A program made the position numbers and the translations under genes. From positions 1 through 34,352 of the forward strand of contig CAYSHZ010000002.1 in assembly GCA_964430905.1 (NCBI GenBank): DNA of 34,352 bases, written 5' to 3'. The stretch comes from an uncultured Thermoanaerobaculia bacterium (lineage in GTDB: Bacteria; Acidobacteriota; Thermoanaerobaculia; Thermoanaerobaculales; Sulfomarinibacteraceae). Numbering within the stretch: position 1 is the first letter of the stretch; each line of letters starts with the position of its first letter. This document shows positions 1 to 10,188 of the stretch, piece by piece. Below the pieces are notes generated by a model that saw nothing but the letters and a program-made list of their open reading frames with translations, ran no database searches and was not told the DNA's origin.

Positions 1-1
1 G

Positions 2-430
2 TCGAGGGCGAGGCTGAATGGGTATAAACCCTTTAGTCCCCTCGGCTTACCCGACTTCAGCTACGATTTCATCGTCAGAGGCTTCAGTGATCCCAATAAC
101 GACAATCACAACCGTGTCGTAGGTGATCCCAGCATGGTCGTTACGGGGCTCACCGGGGACAGCGGTTGTTTGGCGCCAACAGTTTCGGTCACGGGACATG
201 ATCCATGGTCACTGACAGTCAATGAAGATTTTGACTTTTATCGCTGGAGCACCGGCGACTACGGACAAACGATCGAGGTCTCGCCGGATGTGCCCACATG
301 GTATTGGGTGGAGACGTCAATCACAGGGCCGTGTGACGAATATGCCACGGTCCTCGTCGAGCCGACACGGATTTTCTCCGATGGATTTGAAGACGGCGAC
401 ACCCAGGCCTGGTCAGGAACTCAGAATTGA
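2..430 (+). CDS. 3' end of a 5'-truncated ORF (hypothetical, possibly secreted or surface protein C-terminus)
   Basis: The frame containing nt 2 is open from the window edge to TGA at 428-430. Track ORF 134..430 is only its Met-initiated tail. No family motif recognised. Confidence 0.45.
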   Translation, partial: SRARLNGYKPFSPLGLPDFSYDFIVRGFSDPNNDNHNRVVGDPSMVVTGLTGDSGCLAPTVSVTGHDPWSLTVNEDFDFYRWSTGDYGQTIEVSPDVPTWYWVETSITGPCDEYATVLVEPTRIFSDGFEDGDTQAWSGTQN

Positions 431-479
431 TCCCCTGAAGAGCTTTTTGAATGGACGGTTCAGGCTTCGTGACACCCAT

Positions 480-500
480 GCAATTCATCCTATGAATTGC
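480..500. repeat. Perfect palindrome GCAATTCAT-CCT-ATGAATTGC (9-bp arms) abutting the 3' end of tRNA-Ser(UGA)
   Basis: Read directly. Arms at 480-488 and 492-500 are exact reverse complements. No T-tract follows on either strand. It sits between convergent ORF 2..430 and the tRNA at 501..588. Confidence 0.6.
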
Positions 501-588
501 TGGCGGAGGGAAAGGGATTCGAACCCTTGGAGACTTGCACCTCACTGGTTTTCAAGACCAGCGCCTTCGACCACTCGGCCATCCCTCC
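501..588 (-). tRNA. tRNA-Ser (anticodon UGA), CCA encoded
   Basis: The reverse complement reads GGAGGGA...GGTCTTGAAAACC...AAGGGTTCGAATCCCTT-TCCCTCC-G-CCA. It has a 7-bp acceptor stem, anticodon loop CTTGAAA, a long variable arm (class II) and a TTCGAAT T-loop. Confidence 0.95.
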
Positions 589-630
589 GTGTCGCATCAG
601 GCCCGGTTTTTGATCCGGGCTGGGTGATAC

Positions 631-659
631 TTTACAGGTAACCGGGTAGTACGTACAAT
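631..659 (+). promoter_or_regulatory. sigma-70-type promoter TTTACA-17 nt-TACAAT upstream of tRNA-Ser(GCU)
   Basis: -35 TTTACA at 631-636, exact 17-nt spacer, -10 TACAAT at 654-659. The predicted TSS is about 6-7 nt before the mature tRNA 5' end at 673. Confidence 0.6.
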
Positions 660-672
660 ACCGGTCCCACTC

Positions 673-764
673 GGTGAGGTGCTGGAGTGGTTGAACAGGG
701 CCGCCTGCTAAGCGGCTGTCCGTGGAGACGCGGACCGCGGGTTCGAATCCCGCCCTCACCGCCA
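673..764 (+). tRNA. tRNA-Ser (anticodon GCU), CCA encoded
   Basis: GGTGAGG...GCCGC-CTGCTAA-GCGGC...long variable arm...GCGGGTTCGAATCCCGC-CCTCACC-G-CCA. Confidence 0.95.
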
Positions 765-772
765 TTCGATTC

Positions 773-798
773 ACGCCGCCTTCGGGGCGGCGTTTTTT
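773..798 (+). terminator. Intrinsic terminator hairpin (GC stem, TTCG-type loop) plus T6 tract
   Basis: ACGCCGCC-TTCGG-GGCGGCGT followed by TTTTTT (793-798). It lies 9 nt after the tRNA CCA end and immediately before the gltX RBS GGAGAG (799-804). Confidence 0.7.
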
Positions 799-807
799 GG
801 AGAGATC

Positions 808-2255
808 ATGAGTAACACCGTCAGAACACGCATTGCGCCCTCGCCGACGGGAGATCCCCACGTCGGTACGGCCTACGTCGCCCTGTTCAACTACGCCCTG
901 GCCAAGAAGCACGGGGGCCAGTTCATCCTTCGGATCGAAGACACCGACAGGGTGCGTTCCAACACCGCCAGCGAGGAGATGATCTTCGAAGCCCTGCGTT
1001 GGCTGGGCCTGGAGTGGGACGAAGGACCGGATGTCGGTGGTCCCCATGGTCCCTACCGCCAGAGCGAGCGCTCGGAGATCTACACGAAACACGTGGAGCA
1101 ACTGGTGGCTTCGGGCGATGCCTACCCCTGTTTCTGTACGCGGGAACGCCTGACGGAGCTTCGGGCCCATCAGCGCGAGAACAAGCTGCCGCTGGGATAC
1201 GACGGTCACTGTCGGCAGCTTTCCCCTGAAGAAGCTGCAGCCCGCCGTGCGGCCGGCGAGGAGCACGTGATCCGACTGGCGATGCCCGATGAGGGTGAGA
1301 GCACGGTTACGGATCTCTTGAGAGGCGAGATCACAATCGACAACGCCCAGGTCGATGACCAGGTCTTGGTCAAGTCGGACGGTTTTCCCACCTACCATCT
1401 GGCCAACGTCGTCGATGATCATCTGATGGGTATCACCCATGTCATTCGGGCCGAGGAGTGGATCTCGTCGTTGCCCAAGCATGTGCGCCTGTACGAGGCC
1501 TTTGGCTGGGATCTCCCGGTCTTCTGCCATCTGCCCCTGCTGCGCAACGCCGACAAGTCGAAGATCTCCAAGCGCAAGAACCCGGTCAGTCTCAATCACT
1601 TCAAGCGCGCGGGCATTCTGCCGGAGGCGATGCTCAACTATCTGGCCCTAATGGGCTGGACGATGCCGGACGAGCGCGAGGAGTTCTCGCGCGAGGAGTT
1701 CATCTCCGAGTTCACGCTGGAGCGAATTTCCCTGGGCGGACCGGTCTTCGATCTCCAGAAGCTGACGTGGCTCAATGGCAAGTACATCCGGGATCTCTCC
1801 CCGACCGAGATTCTCCAGCGCCTCAAGGAGCAATGGCTGTCGGACGACTACCTGCTCGAGGTCCTGCCCCTGGCGCACGAGAGAATTGACACGCTGCAGG
1901 ATTTCTTCGCCTACGCCGCGTTCTTTTTCACCGGTGATGTCGAGTATGACGAGAAGGCCAAGACCAAGCTTCTGGCCAAGGGGCGCACCGGCCCCCAGAC
2001 GGCCAAGCTCTTTCGGGGACTCCTGGAGGATTTCCTGGATCCCATCCTGCTCTGGACGGTCGAGAGCGTCGAGGACGCCCTGCGCCGTTTCTGCAAGAAG
2101 AACGAGCTGACGCCGAAGGAGATCTTCATGCCCGTGCGGGTCGCCGTCACCGGACGCACGGCCACACCGCCGCTGTTCGATACGATGGCGGTCCTGGGCA
2201 AGGAAGTCTGCCGGAGCCGAATCCGTCATGCCATGGAAGTGTTGAGGACGATCAA

Positions 2256-2259
<4 letters not shown>
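808..2259 (+). CDS. gltX: glutamate--tRNA ligase (GluRS)
   Basis: Class I aaRS motifs: [13 protein letters not shown] (HIGH-type), KISKRK (KMSKS-type) and a PCFC...HC zinc-knuckle-like segment. RBS GGAGAG lies 4 nt upstream of the ATG. Confidence 0.95.
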
Positions 2260-3950
<1,691 letters not shown>

Positions 3951-3962
3951 AGCTCGTCTCCC

Positions 3963-5189
3963 TCAGCCCTGAAACGCCTCCAGAACACCGAGCGCCTCGG
4001 CGACATCGGCTTCGGTGTGGGCGGCGTTGATCTGGACGCGGATGGTGTCGTCACCTTTGGGAACGACGGGGAAGGCCAGACCGACGACGAGGACGCCGCC
4101 ATCGAAGAAGTGCTTGACGAGTTTCTTGGTACGCTCGGTGTCCCGGACGAGCAGAGGCACGACCGGATGGGGGCCGTCAATGCTCTCCCAGCCGAGGTCG
4201 GCGATGCCCTGACGGAACTGGGCGACCCGTGCGTGGAGGTGTTTCAGGAGCCTGAGCCCCTCGTCACTGTCAGTGATCTCAAGCGCCTTGGAGGCCGCAG
4301 CGCAGTCGGCAACGCTCAGAGGATTGGTGTAGATGTAGGTGTCGGCCTTCTGGCGGATGGCTTCGGTCAGTTCTGCAGAGCCTGCGACGAAGCCCCCGTT
4401 GACACCGAAGGCCTTGCCGAAGGTTCCAACGATGATGTCGGCCTGCCGCCCGCAGAAGTCCTCGGTACCCCGACCGGTGGCGCCGTAGGCACCGATGCCG
4501 TGGGAGTCGTCAACAACGGTGATAAGTCCGGCGGGGAAACGATCCCGGTGTGGTTGGCATCGGCGATGGATCTCATCGAGGGGGGCATTGTCGCCGCGCA
4601 TCGAGAAGATGCCGTCGAAGATGACGATGACCCGCTCCATGCCTTCGGGCACCTGTTCCAGACACCGGCTCAGATCGTCCATGTCGTTGTGGGCGTAGAT
4701 CGCCTTGTTCTCGCGGGGAACACCGGCGATGCGCATCGCCCGGATGATCGAATTGTGGTTGAGGGCGTCGCCGACCCAGTAGGTCTTGGGGCCGCTGAGG
4801 GCCAGGCTCAGGCCGAGATTGGAGGTGTAGGCGGAGTTGAAGATCTTGGCCGAAGCCTTGCCAGTGAATGCCGCGACCCGTTCTTCGAGTTCGACGTGGT
4901 GCGAGAAGGTGCCGTCGATGAAGCGAACAGCGCCGGGGCCGACGCCAAAATCGTGGGCGGCCTGATCGGCGGCTTCCATCACCTCGGGGTGGAAAGAAAG
5001 ACTGAGGTAGGAGTTGGAATTCATCCGGATGAAGTCGTGATCGGACCCCTTGAGCCGGTAGCGCGGACCGCGGTTTCCTTCAGGCGGCTCATAGCCGACG
5101 ATGATGCGTTCCGGCGCCTTGGAACGTCCTTCTTTTGTCAGTTGCTCGATCTCGGTGATCAGGGTGGCGTTGAGTTTTTCCAGGCTCAT
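3963..5189 (-). CDS. alpha-oxoamine synthase family PLP enzyme, glycine C-acetyltransferase (Kbl)-like
   Basis: Kbl-like blocks VRFIDGT, DALNHNSII, VDDSHGIG, GTFGKAFG (PLP lysine) and FPVVPKG..IRVQINAAHT. RBS GGAGGT is upstream. No tdh is adjacent, so the exact substrate is uncertain. Confidence 0.8.
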   Translation of the reverse strand: MSLEKLNATLITEIEQLTKEGRSKAPERIIVGYEPPEGNRGPRYRLKGSDHDFIRMNSNSYLSLSFHPEVMEAADQAAHDFGVGPGAVRFIDGTFSHHVELEERVAAFTGKASAKIFNSAYTSNLGLSLALSGPKTYWVGDALNHNSIIRAMRIAGVPRENKAIYAHNDMDDLSRCLEQVPEGMERVIVIFDGIFSMRGDNAPLDEIHRRCQPHRDRFPAGLITVVDDSHGIGAYGATGRGTEDFCGRQADIIVGTFGKAFGVNGGFVAGSAELTEAIRQKADTYIYTNPLSVADCAAASKALEITDSDEGLRLLKHLHARVAQFRQGIADLGWESIDGPHPVVPLLVRDTERTKKLVKHFFDGGVLVVGLAFPVVPKGDDTIRVQINAAHTEADVAEALGVLEAFQG

Positions 5190-5373
5190 TTCGATACCTC
5201 CAACGGTCGGCGAAAGGGTACCATCACCCCGGAGCGCAGATCGTATTGGCTGCCGGGATTATCGACCGAATCAGGGGTGGTCCGCCAATCCGGTCCACGC
5301 TCCGAGGTATTGCGCTGCGCGCAGGGGTTGTGTGGAAAGGGTGTCGTGTGAATTCAAGCTGAGCAGCGGTAGG

Positions 5374-6384
5374 ATGTTCGTGTTCATGAAACGCTTGGCC
5401 CTGTCTTTCGTGTCGCTGCTGGTTCTCCTGGTTTTCTTCGAGGGGTCTTTGCGGGTCCGGGAGGCGGGAAAGCGGCGGGAGATTCTGGCGGGCAGGACGG
5501 CTTCCAGTCTGGGAACTCTTCGGGCCGACCCCCCGCTTCTCTACACGCTCAAACCTGGGTGGAAGGGAAAATTCAACAGCTCAGGCTTTCGCGATATCGA
5601 GCGGTCACGACGCAAAGCACCGAACGTCTTCAGGCTGGCGGTGGTCGGGGACAGCGTCACGATGAAATTGTCCATTCCATTTGAGCAACTCTATGTCCGC
5701 CAGTTGGAAAAATTCCTGCGTAATGAAACCCACAACGGGAGAATCGAATGCCTCTCATTCGGGGTGACCGGATACTGCGCCGCCCAGGAATTTGCGTTGA
5801 TGCAGGGAAGAGTCCTGGATTTCGAACCTGATGCCATCCTGTGGCAGTTCCATCTCAACGATGCCTCGGATCCTTTGATCGATGGGGCCAACGGTGGTCT
5901 GGCTCGGTACTACGCCCGGCCACGATCGCAAGTCGTTTCCCATTTCCGAAGGAAGATCGATCATATCCTCAAAGAGAGATACCTCCGGCGCCGCTTTCCT
6001 GGCCTCAAACAGCGTGATCTCCAACTTCAGGCGTGGCACTGGGATGAGATGGGAAGGGTGATCTCTCGGGTGAAGGAATGGTCGGTGGCCCGTGGAGTCC
6101 CGGTCCTTGTTGTCGTCTACCCATCCTGGCCGGATGATGGTGCCTGGGAGGGCTTCACCGAGGCCGACAATCAATTGTACGAAGCCTTGATTAACCGATT
6201 CAAGGCGATCGGATTCGAGACCCTGGATCTGATGACGGTCTTCAAACAATGGCCGGTGTCGGATCTGCAGCAAGAGCCTGGAGACCTCTGGCACCCCAAT
6301 GCCAAAGGGCACCGCGTCATGGCCCAGGCGATTTCGCAGTGGTTGATTGAGGGGGGCCTCATCGACTGGAGAGGCGAAGAGTAA
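5374..6384 (+). CDS. SGNH/GDSL-family hydrolase with N-terminal signal or anchor
   Basis: Block I VVGDSVT and block V DLWHPNAKGH (DxxH). The hydrophobic N-terminus is MKRLALSFVSLLVLLVFF. The track ORF starts at 5101, but that part overlaps kbl and its upstream region, so ATG 5374 (or 5386) was chosen. Confidence 0.7.
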   Translation: MFVFMKRLALSFVSLLVLLVFFEGSLRVREAGKRREILAGRTASSLGTLRADPPLLYTLKPGWKGKFNSSGFRDIERSRRKAPNVFRLAVVGDSVTMKLSIPFEQLYVRQLEKFLRNETHNGRIECLSFGVTGYCAAQEFALMQGRVLDFEPDAILWQFHLNDASDPLIDGANGGLARYYARPRSQVVSHFRRKIDHILKERYLRRRFPGLKQRDLQLQAWHWDEMGRVISRVKEWSVARGVPVLVVVYPSWPDDGAWEGFTEADNQLYEALINRFKAIGFETLDLMTVFKQWPVSDLQQEPGDLWHPNAKGHRVMAQAISQWLIEGGLIDWRGEE

Positions 6385-6479
6385 GAACTGCCGGGGGTCT
6401 TTTGTAGCCTCTCAATGTTCATCAGCCCGGAGATTCTCTCTGCAGGTGGTGTGTATAGTTGGGGCGGGGGAGTACATTC

Positions 6480-7901
6480 ATGACCAGCTCATTGGTGAGG
6501 GTTCGCTCATCCAGGGTGATTTTTCTGCTGGTGGCTGTCCTTGCATCGACAACAGCGATCCGCCTTGTTCTGAGCTGGGAGTTCTTCGGCTTTTCAACTG
6601 GTGATGATGTGGAGATACTCCAGGCCGGTTTCTCCCGAGCCTTCGGGCTGGCCTCTTCACCGTGGGAGCTTCGTCATCTCCTGCTGCCGGATCTGCTCGT
6701 GGCGCCGGTCTTGCGATTGGTTTCGGCCATGGGCGCCGAATCAACATCGATCAAGGTGTGGGCGGCGAGCGTGCCCTTTGTCGTGCTGGCAACCCTCAAT
6801 ATCTTTCTGGTTTTCAGAATTGGTGTGCGGTGGTTGGGAGACGAGCGGCCCGCGCTCCTGGCAGCCTACCTGTACGGTTTCCACTGGATTCCTCTCGGTT
6901 ATGGCAGTACGGTCTACCCGCGGACAGCGACGACCTTTTGTGTGCTTCTTGCAGTAGTGCTGATTTCGACAGATTCCGCGGGATGGTGGCGACCGGCCCT
7001 CGCCGGAGGGATGCTCGCCCTGGCTTTTGCCTTTCGCTTCTCCGAGGTGATCTACTTTCTGCCGTGCCTTGTACTCGTTGTAATCACCCAGGGGCAGGAG
7101 AGTTCTCGGTGGATCCGGGCTGCGGCTCTGGGTGTTGGTTTGGTTGTGGTCGCAGCCCTGGTAGTCGGTGTCGAGGACTGGTTGACCTGGGGCCGGCCGT
7201 ACGCAAGTATTGAGAACTTCTTTCGCTATACCATTGTCGACAAGAACGCCTCGGCCCTGGTGCCAAATCAACCCTGGTTCTGGTATTTCTGGAGATTGCC
7301 AAAGTGGTTGCCCTTGACCTTGCTGCCATTTTTCTTCGTGCCTCAGGATCGTGATCGTGGCTTCCTGCTCCGACCGCTTCTCTTCATTGTCCTCCCTCTC
7401 GCGGTTCTTTCGGTAATTCACCACAAGGAGCTTCGTTATCTCCAGGGTGTGGCGCCTTTTTTCTGTTTGGCGGGCGCGGGATCGGCGTGGGAGTGGTGGC
7501 AGGATGGCCGGCGGCGGGTCACGGTCCTCTTGTTGGCCCTGTCGATGCTGCTGGGAATCACCGGTTTGACCTTTCTTTCGAAGACCTCAATGGCGGCGGT
7601 GATCGCAGCCCGTGATCTTGCAGCCAACCCCAACATTCAGAAAGTGGCACTGTCCCAGTCGTGGGCGTACGGATCAAATCTTTTCCTCGACGACGTTCAG
7701 ATCCTCGGTCTGGGTGTCTCGCCGACGCTTGAGGAGTTGAAACGAGTTGCTCCCGGACGACAGGCGATTGCGCTTTATCAGGACGTTGTCGAAGGCAGCC
7801 CCGAACTGGCCGTATGGCTCCTTGCCAACGGTTTTTCGGACTCTGAAACCTATCGATATTCGCGCAGTCGGCCGGTGATTGTGTATCGGTCCGGAGAATA
7901 G
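6480..7901 (+). CDS. polytopic GT-C fold glycosyltransferase (Alg9/PigB-like or ArnT/PMT-like mannosyltransferase family)
   Basis: About 12 hydrophobic segments. An acidic first-loop motif (GDDVEILQAG) resembles the GT22/GT-C DE motif. ATG 6480 is preceded by GGGGGAG. Confidence 0.6.
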   Translation: MTSSLVRVRSSRVIFLLVAVLASTTAIRLVLSWEFFGFSTGDDVEILQAGFSRAFGLASSPWELRHLLLPDLLVAPVLRLVSAMGAESTSIKVWAASVPFVVLATLNIFLVFRIGVRWLGDERPALLAAYLYGFHWIPLGYGSTVYPRTATTFCVLLAVVLISTDSAGWWRPALAGGMLALAFAFRFSEVIYFLPCLVLVVITQGQESSRWIRAAALGVGLVVVAALVVGVEDWLTWGRPYASIENFFRYTIVDKNASALVPNQPWFWYFWRLPKWLPLTLLPFFFVPQDRDRGFLLRPLLFIVLPLAVLSVIHHKELRYLQGVAPFFCLAGAGSAWEWWQDGRRRVTVLLLALSMLLGITGLTFLSKTSMAAVIAARDLAANPNIQKVALSQSWAYGSNLFLDDVQILGLGVSPTLEELKRVAPGRQAIALYQDVVEGSPELAVWLLANGFSDSETYRYSRSRPVIVYRSGE

Positions 7902-8085
7902 ACCGACCCATCGGAAAGAAACTCGTGCCAGGGATGTCTGCGGAAACCGTTGACAGTGGCCGGATCCCGTGGCCGATGACCGACTCCGGCGGCTGGTGGC
8001 CAATTCCGGTGACCGGCGCCGCCCCTGACCCCGCCCCGCACTGAATGCCCCGACCATCCCGGCCGATCCGGTGGCGGAGGGATCC

Positions 8086-9375
8086 TCAGGTTCCAGGATT
8101 CTCCATCAATTCCAGCCCTCCCATGTAGGGTCTCAGGACTTCGGGAACAACGACTGAGCCGTCTTTCTGCTGATAATTCTCCAGCACGGCAACCAGGGTC
8201 CGGCCGACGGCCAGGCCGGAGCCGTTGATCGTGTGGAGGAGGCGGGCCTTGCCGCCTTCGGAGGGCCGGTAGCGCAGGCGGGCGCGTCGGGCCTGAAAAG
8301 CACCAAAACTGGAGCAGGAGGAGATCTCTCTGTAGCGATCCTGGCCCGGCAGCCAGACCTCGAGGTCGTAGGTCTTGGTAGCGGAGAAACCGACGTCTCC
8401 GGAACACAGGGTCATGACGCGATAGGGCAGCCCGAGGCGCTGGAGAATGATCTCGGCATGGCCGGTCAGCTGTTCAAGGGCCTCGGACGAATACTGGGGG
8501 GTCGTCAGCTGGACCAGTTCGACCTTGTGAAACTGATGCTGCCGAATCAAACCACGAACATCCCGACCGTGCGAACCGGCCTCGGCCCTGAAGCAGGGCG
8601 TGAAGGCGCAGTAGCGGACGGGGAGATCAGCTTCGTCCAGGGTTTCGTCCCGGTGAATATTGGTCACCGGCACCTCGGCGGTGGGAATCAGGTAGAGGTC
8701 ATGCCCCTCGATGTGGAAGAGGTCGTCGGCGAATTTCGGCAACTGGCCGGTACCCTGGAGCGAGGCACTGTTGACAAGATACGGCGTCAGAACCTCGGTG
8801 TAGCCGTGCTCTCTGGTGTGGGTGTCCATCATGAACGAGATCAGGGCACGTTCAAGCGAGGCACCGTGGCCCTTGAGGACTGCAAAGCGTGCTCCAGCCA
8901 GTTTGGCCGCTCTCTCGAAATCCAAAATACCGAGAGCGGGGCCGAGATCCCAGTGGGCCTGGGCCGGGAAATCGAATGATGGTGGCGAACCCCAGCGCCG
9001 AATCTCGGTGTTGTCGTCTTCGTTTGCGCCTTGGGGGACTGCTGGATCCAGGAGGTTGGGGATTGTCAACTCCAGGCGTTCGACCTCTTCTTCCAGTTTG
9101 GATGTCTGTTCTTCGATATCCTTGATTTGATCGCCGAGTTGGCCCATCGCGGCTCTGCGGGCCTCGGCTTCCTCTTTTTTCCCTTCGCGGAAGAGGAGGC
9201 CAATTTCTTTCGAGCCGGTGTTTCGTCTGGCCTTGAGATCCTCGAGGTCCCTCAGGAGGTCACGCCACTGGCGATCGACCTCGAGGAGTCGTTCAAGGGG
9301 CGCCTCGGTGTGGCGGTCGACAAGCATCCGCCGAATGCCGTCAGGGTCTTTACGAAAGAGTTCACGGGGCAGCAT
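8086..9375 (-). CDS. serS: serine--tRNA ligase (SerRS)
   Basis: N-terminal coiled-coil arm ([18 protein letters not shown]...). Class II motifs ([39 protein letters not shown]). RBS GGAGGT. Confidence 0.95.
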   Translation of the reverse strand: MLPRELFRKDPDGIRRMLVDRHTEAPLERLLEVDRQWRDLLRDLEDLKARRNTGSKEIGLLFREGKKEEAEARRAAMGQLGDQIKDIEEQTSKLEEEVERLELTIPNLLDPAVPQGANEDDNTEIRRWGSPPSFDFPAQAHWDLGPALGILDFERAAKLAGARFAVLKGHGASLERALISFMMDTHTREHGYTEVLTPYLVNSASLQGTGQLPKFADDLFHIEGHDLYLIPTAEVPVTNIHRDETLDEADLPVRYCAFTPCFRAEAGSHGRDVRGLIRQHQFHKVELVQLTTPQYSSEALEQLTGHAEIILQRLGLPYRVMTLCSGDVGFSATKTYDLEVWLPGQDRYREISSCSSFGAFQARRARLRYRPSEGGKARLLHTINGSGLAVGRTLVAVLENYQQKDGSVVVPEVLRPYMGGLELMENPGT

Positions 9376-9398
9376 CTATACCTCCTGCTCGGGGGCAA

Positions 9399-10058
9399 TC
9401 AGGGCGTGGTTGGGGAGGTTCCGTGAGGAACGTATACCTGGGTACCCCGGCGACATCGGATGATCTGTTGCACCAGGGCCTCGAGGTCGTCCGGATTGTT
9501 GACGAAATCGATGTCATCGGTGTTGACCACCAGAAGGGGGGTCTCCCGGTAGTGGAAGAAAAAGTATGAATAGGCCTCACTGAGGCGCTTGAGGTATTCG
9601 GGATCGATTGTGGCTTCGTAGTCCCGTCCGCGCTTGGCAATGCGCTCCATCAGAACGGGAACGGAGGCCTGCATGTAGATCACCAGGTCGGGTTTGGCGA
9701 CCTCCTGCTCGAGGACCGGATACAACTTCTCGTAGACCTTGAGGTCGTCGTCGCCGAGGTTGAGATAGGCAAAGATACGATCCTTGGGAAAGGTGTAGTC
9801 AGCCAGAACCAGGTTCTGAAAGAGGTTCATCTGCCGGATCTCCCTCTGCTGCTGAAAGCGCGACAGCAGAAAATAGACCTGGACCTGGAAGGCGGCGCCG
9901 GGTCGTCCCTCGTAGAATGCCGGCAGGAACGGGTTGGAAATATCCTCCAGAACCATGACACCTTCGAACCGTTGGGCCAATATCTCAACCAGCGAGGTCT
10001 TGCCAACCCCGATGGGTCCCTCAAGGGCGATATGACGGAAGGGAATCTCGGTTTTCAT
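9399..10058 (-). CDS. deoxynucleoside kinase family protein
   Basis: P-loop IALEGPIGVGKTS and a dNK-like NPFLPAFY...FQVQVYFLLSRF block. Start set at Met42 of the track ORF (ATG 10058), just before the P-loop. Confidence 0.8.
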   Translation of the reverse strand: MKTEIPFRHIALEGPIGVGKTSLVEILAQRFEGVMVLEDISNPFLPAFYEGRPGAAFQVQVYFLLSRFQQQREIRQMNLFQNLVLADYTFPKDRIFAYLNLGDDDLKVYEKLYPVLEQEVAKPDLVIYMQASVPVLMERIAKRGRDYEATIDPEYLKRLSEAYSYFFFHYRETPLLVVNTDDIDFVNNPDDLEALVQQIIRCRRGTQVYVPHGTSPTTP

Positions 10059-10188
10059 CAGCCGGTTGGATTTTAACCTGTTCCCGTCCTGAACGGAGAT
10101 TTTCCGTGATCTCGTCGGCAGCTCTCTCCGTGAAACTCTCCGTCCTTCGTGTTTTGGTAGCCTGAGGTCCCCAGTGGACACTCAGCGA

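Noticed and set aside
601-620. Hairpin GCCCGG-TTTTTGAT-CCGGGC between the divergent tRNA-Ser genes, considered as a terminator
   Set aside because: It lies upstream of both tRNAs (in the promoter region) with no trailing T-tract. At most it is a structural or operator element, and there is insufficient evidence to call it.
490-1599. Long ORFs antisense to or overlapping called genes (e.g. 490..1599-, 2226..3890-, 4017..5351+, 7850..8407-, 10174..11094+, 19928..20809+, 24556..25422+, 29487..30677-, 32794..34044-, 33434..34303-)
   Set aside because: Each lies opposite a gene with unmistakable family motifs. Their translations are Arg/Pro/Gly-rich low-complexity strings typical of stop-codon-poor off-frames in high-GC DNA. 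None shows a recognisable motif or RBS.
5190-5373. Glycine or other riboswitch in the 184-nt region upstream of the Kbl-like gene
   Set aside because: I could not find the conserved glycine-riboswitch cores or any other Rfam-like motif by eye. The region more likely holds two divergent promoters. Only a cmscan could settle it.
8072-8082. The 11-nt string TGGCGGAGGGA is identical to the 3' end (reverse strand) of tRNA-Ser(UGA) at 501-511. Considered as an att-site remnant of an integrated element.
   Set aside because: The intervening 7.5 kb is pure housekeeping (gltX, glnS, kbl-like and others) with no integrase. The match is short and GC-rich and sits next to the serS stop. It is most likely chance.
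7902-8085. The 184-nt GC-rich convergent spacer between the GT-C gene and serS, examined for a small RNA, tRNA or terminator
   Set aside because: No T-loop, stable hairpin plus T-tract, or conserved ncRNA motif is present. The ORFs across it are antisense artefacts of serS.
10059-10188. T-box riboswitch upstream of the dNK-serS unit
   Set aside because: No T-box consensus (AANNNGGGTGGNACCGCG-like) or specifier/terminator architecture is present. The spacer is only 130 nt.
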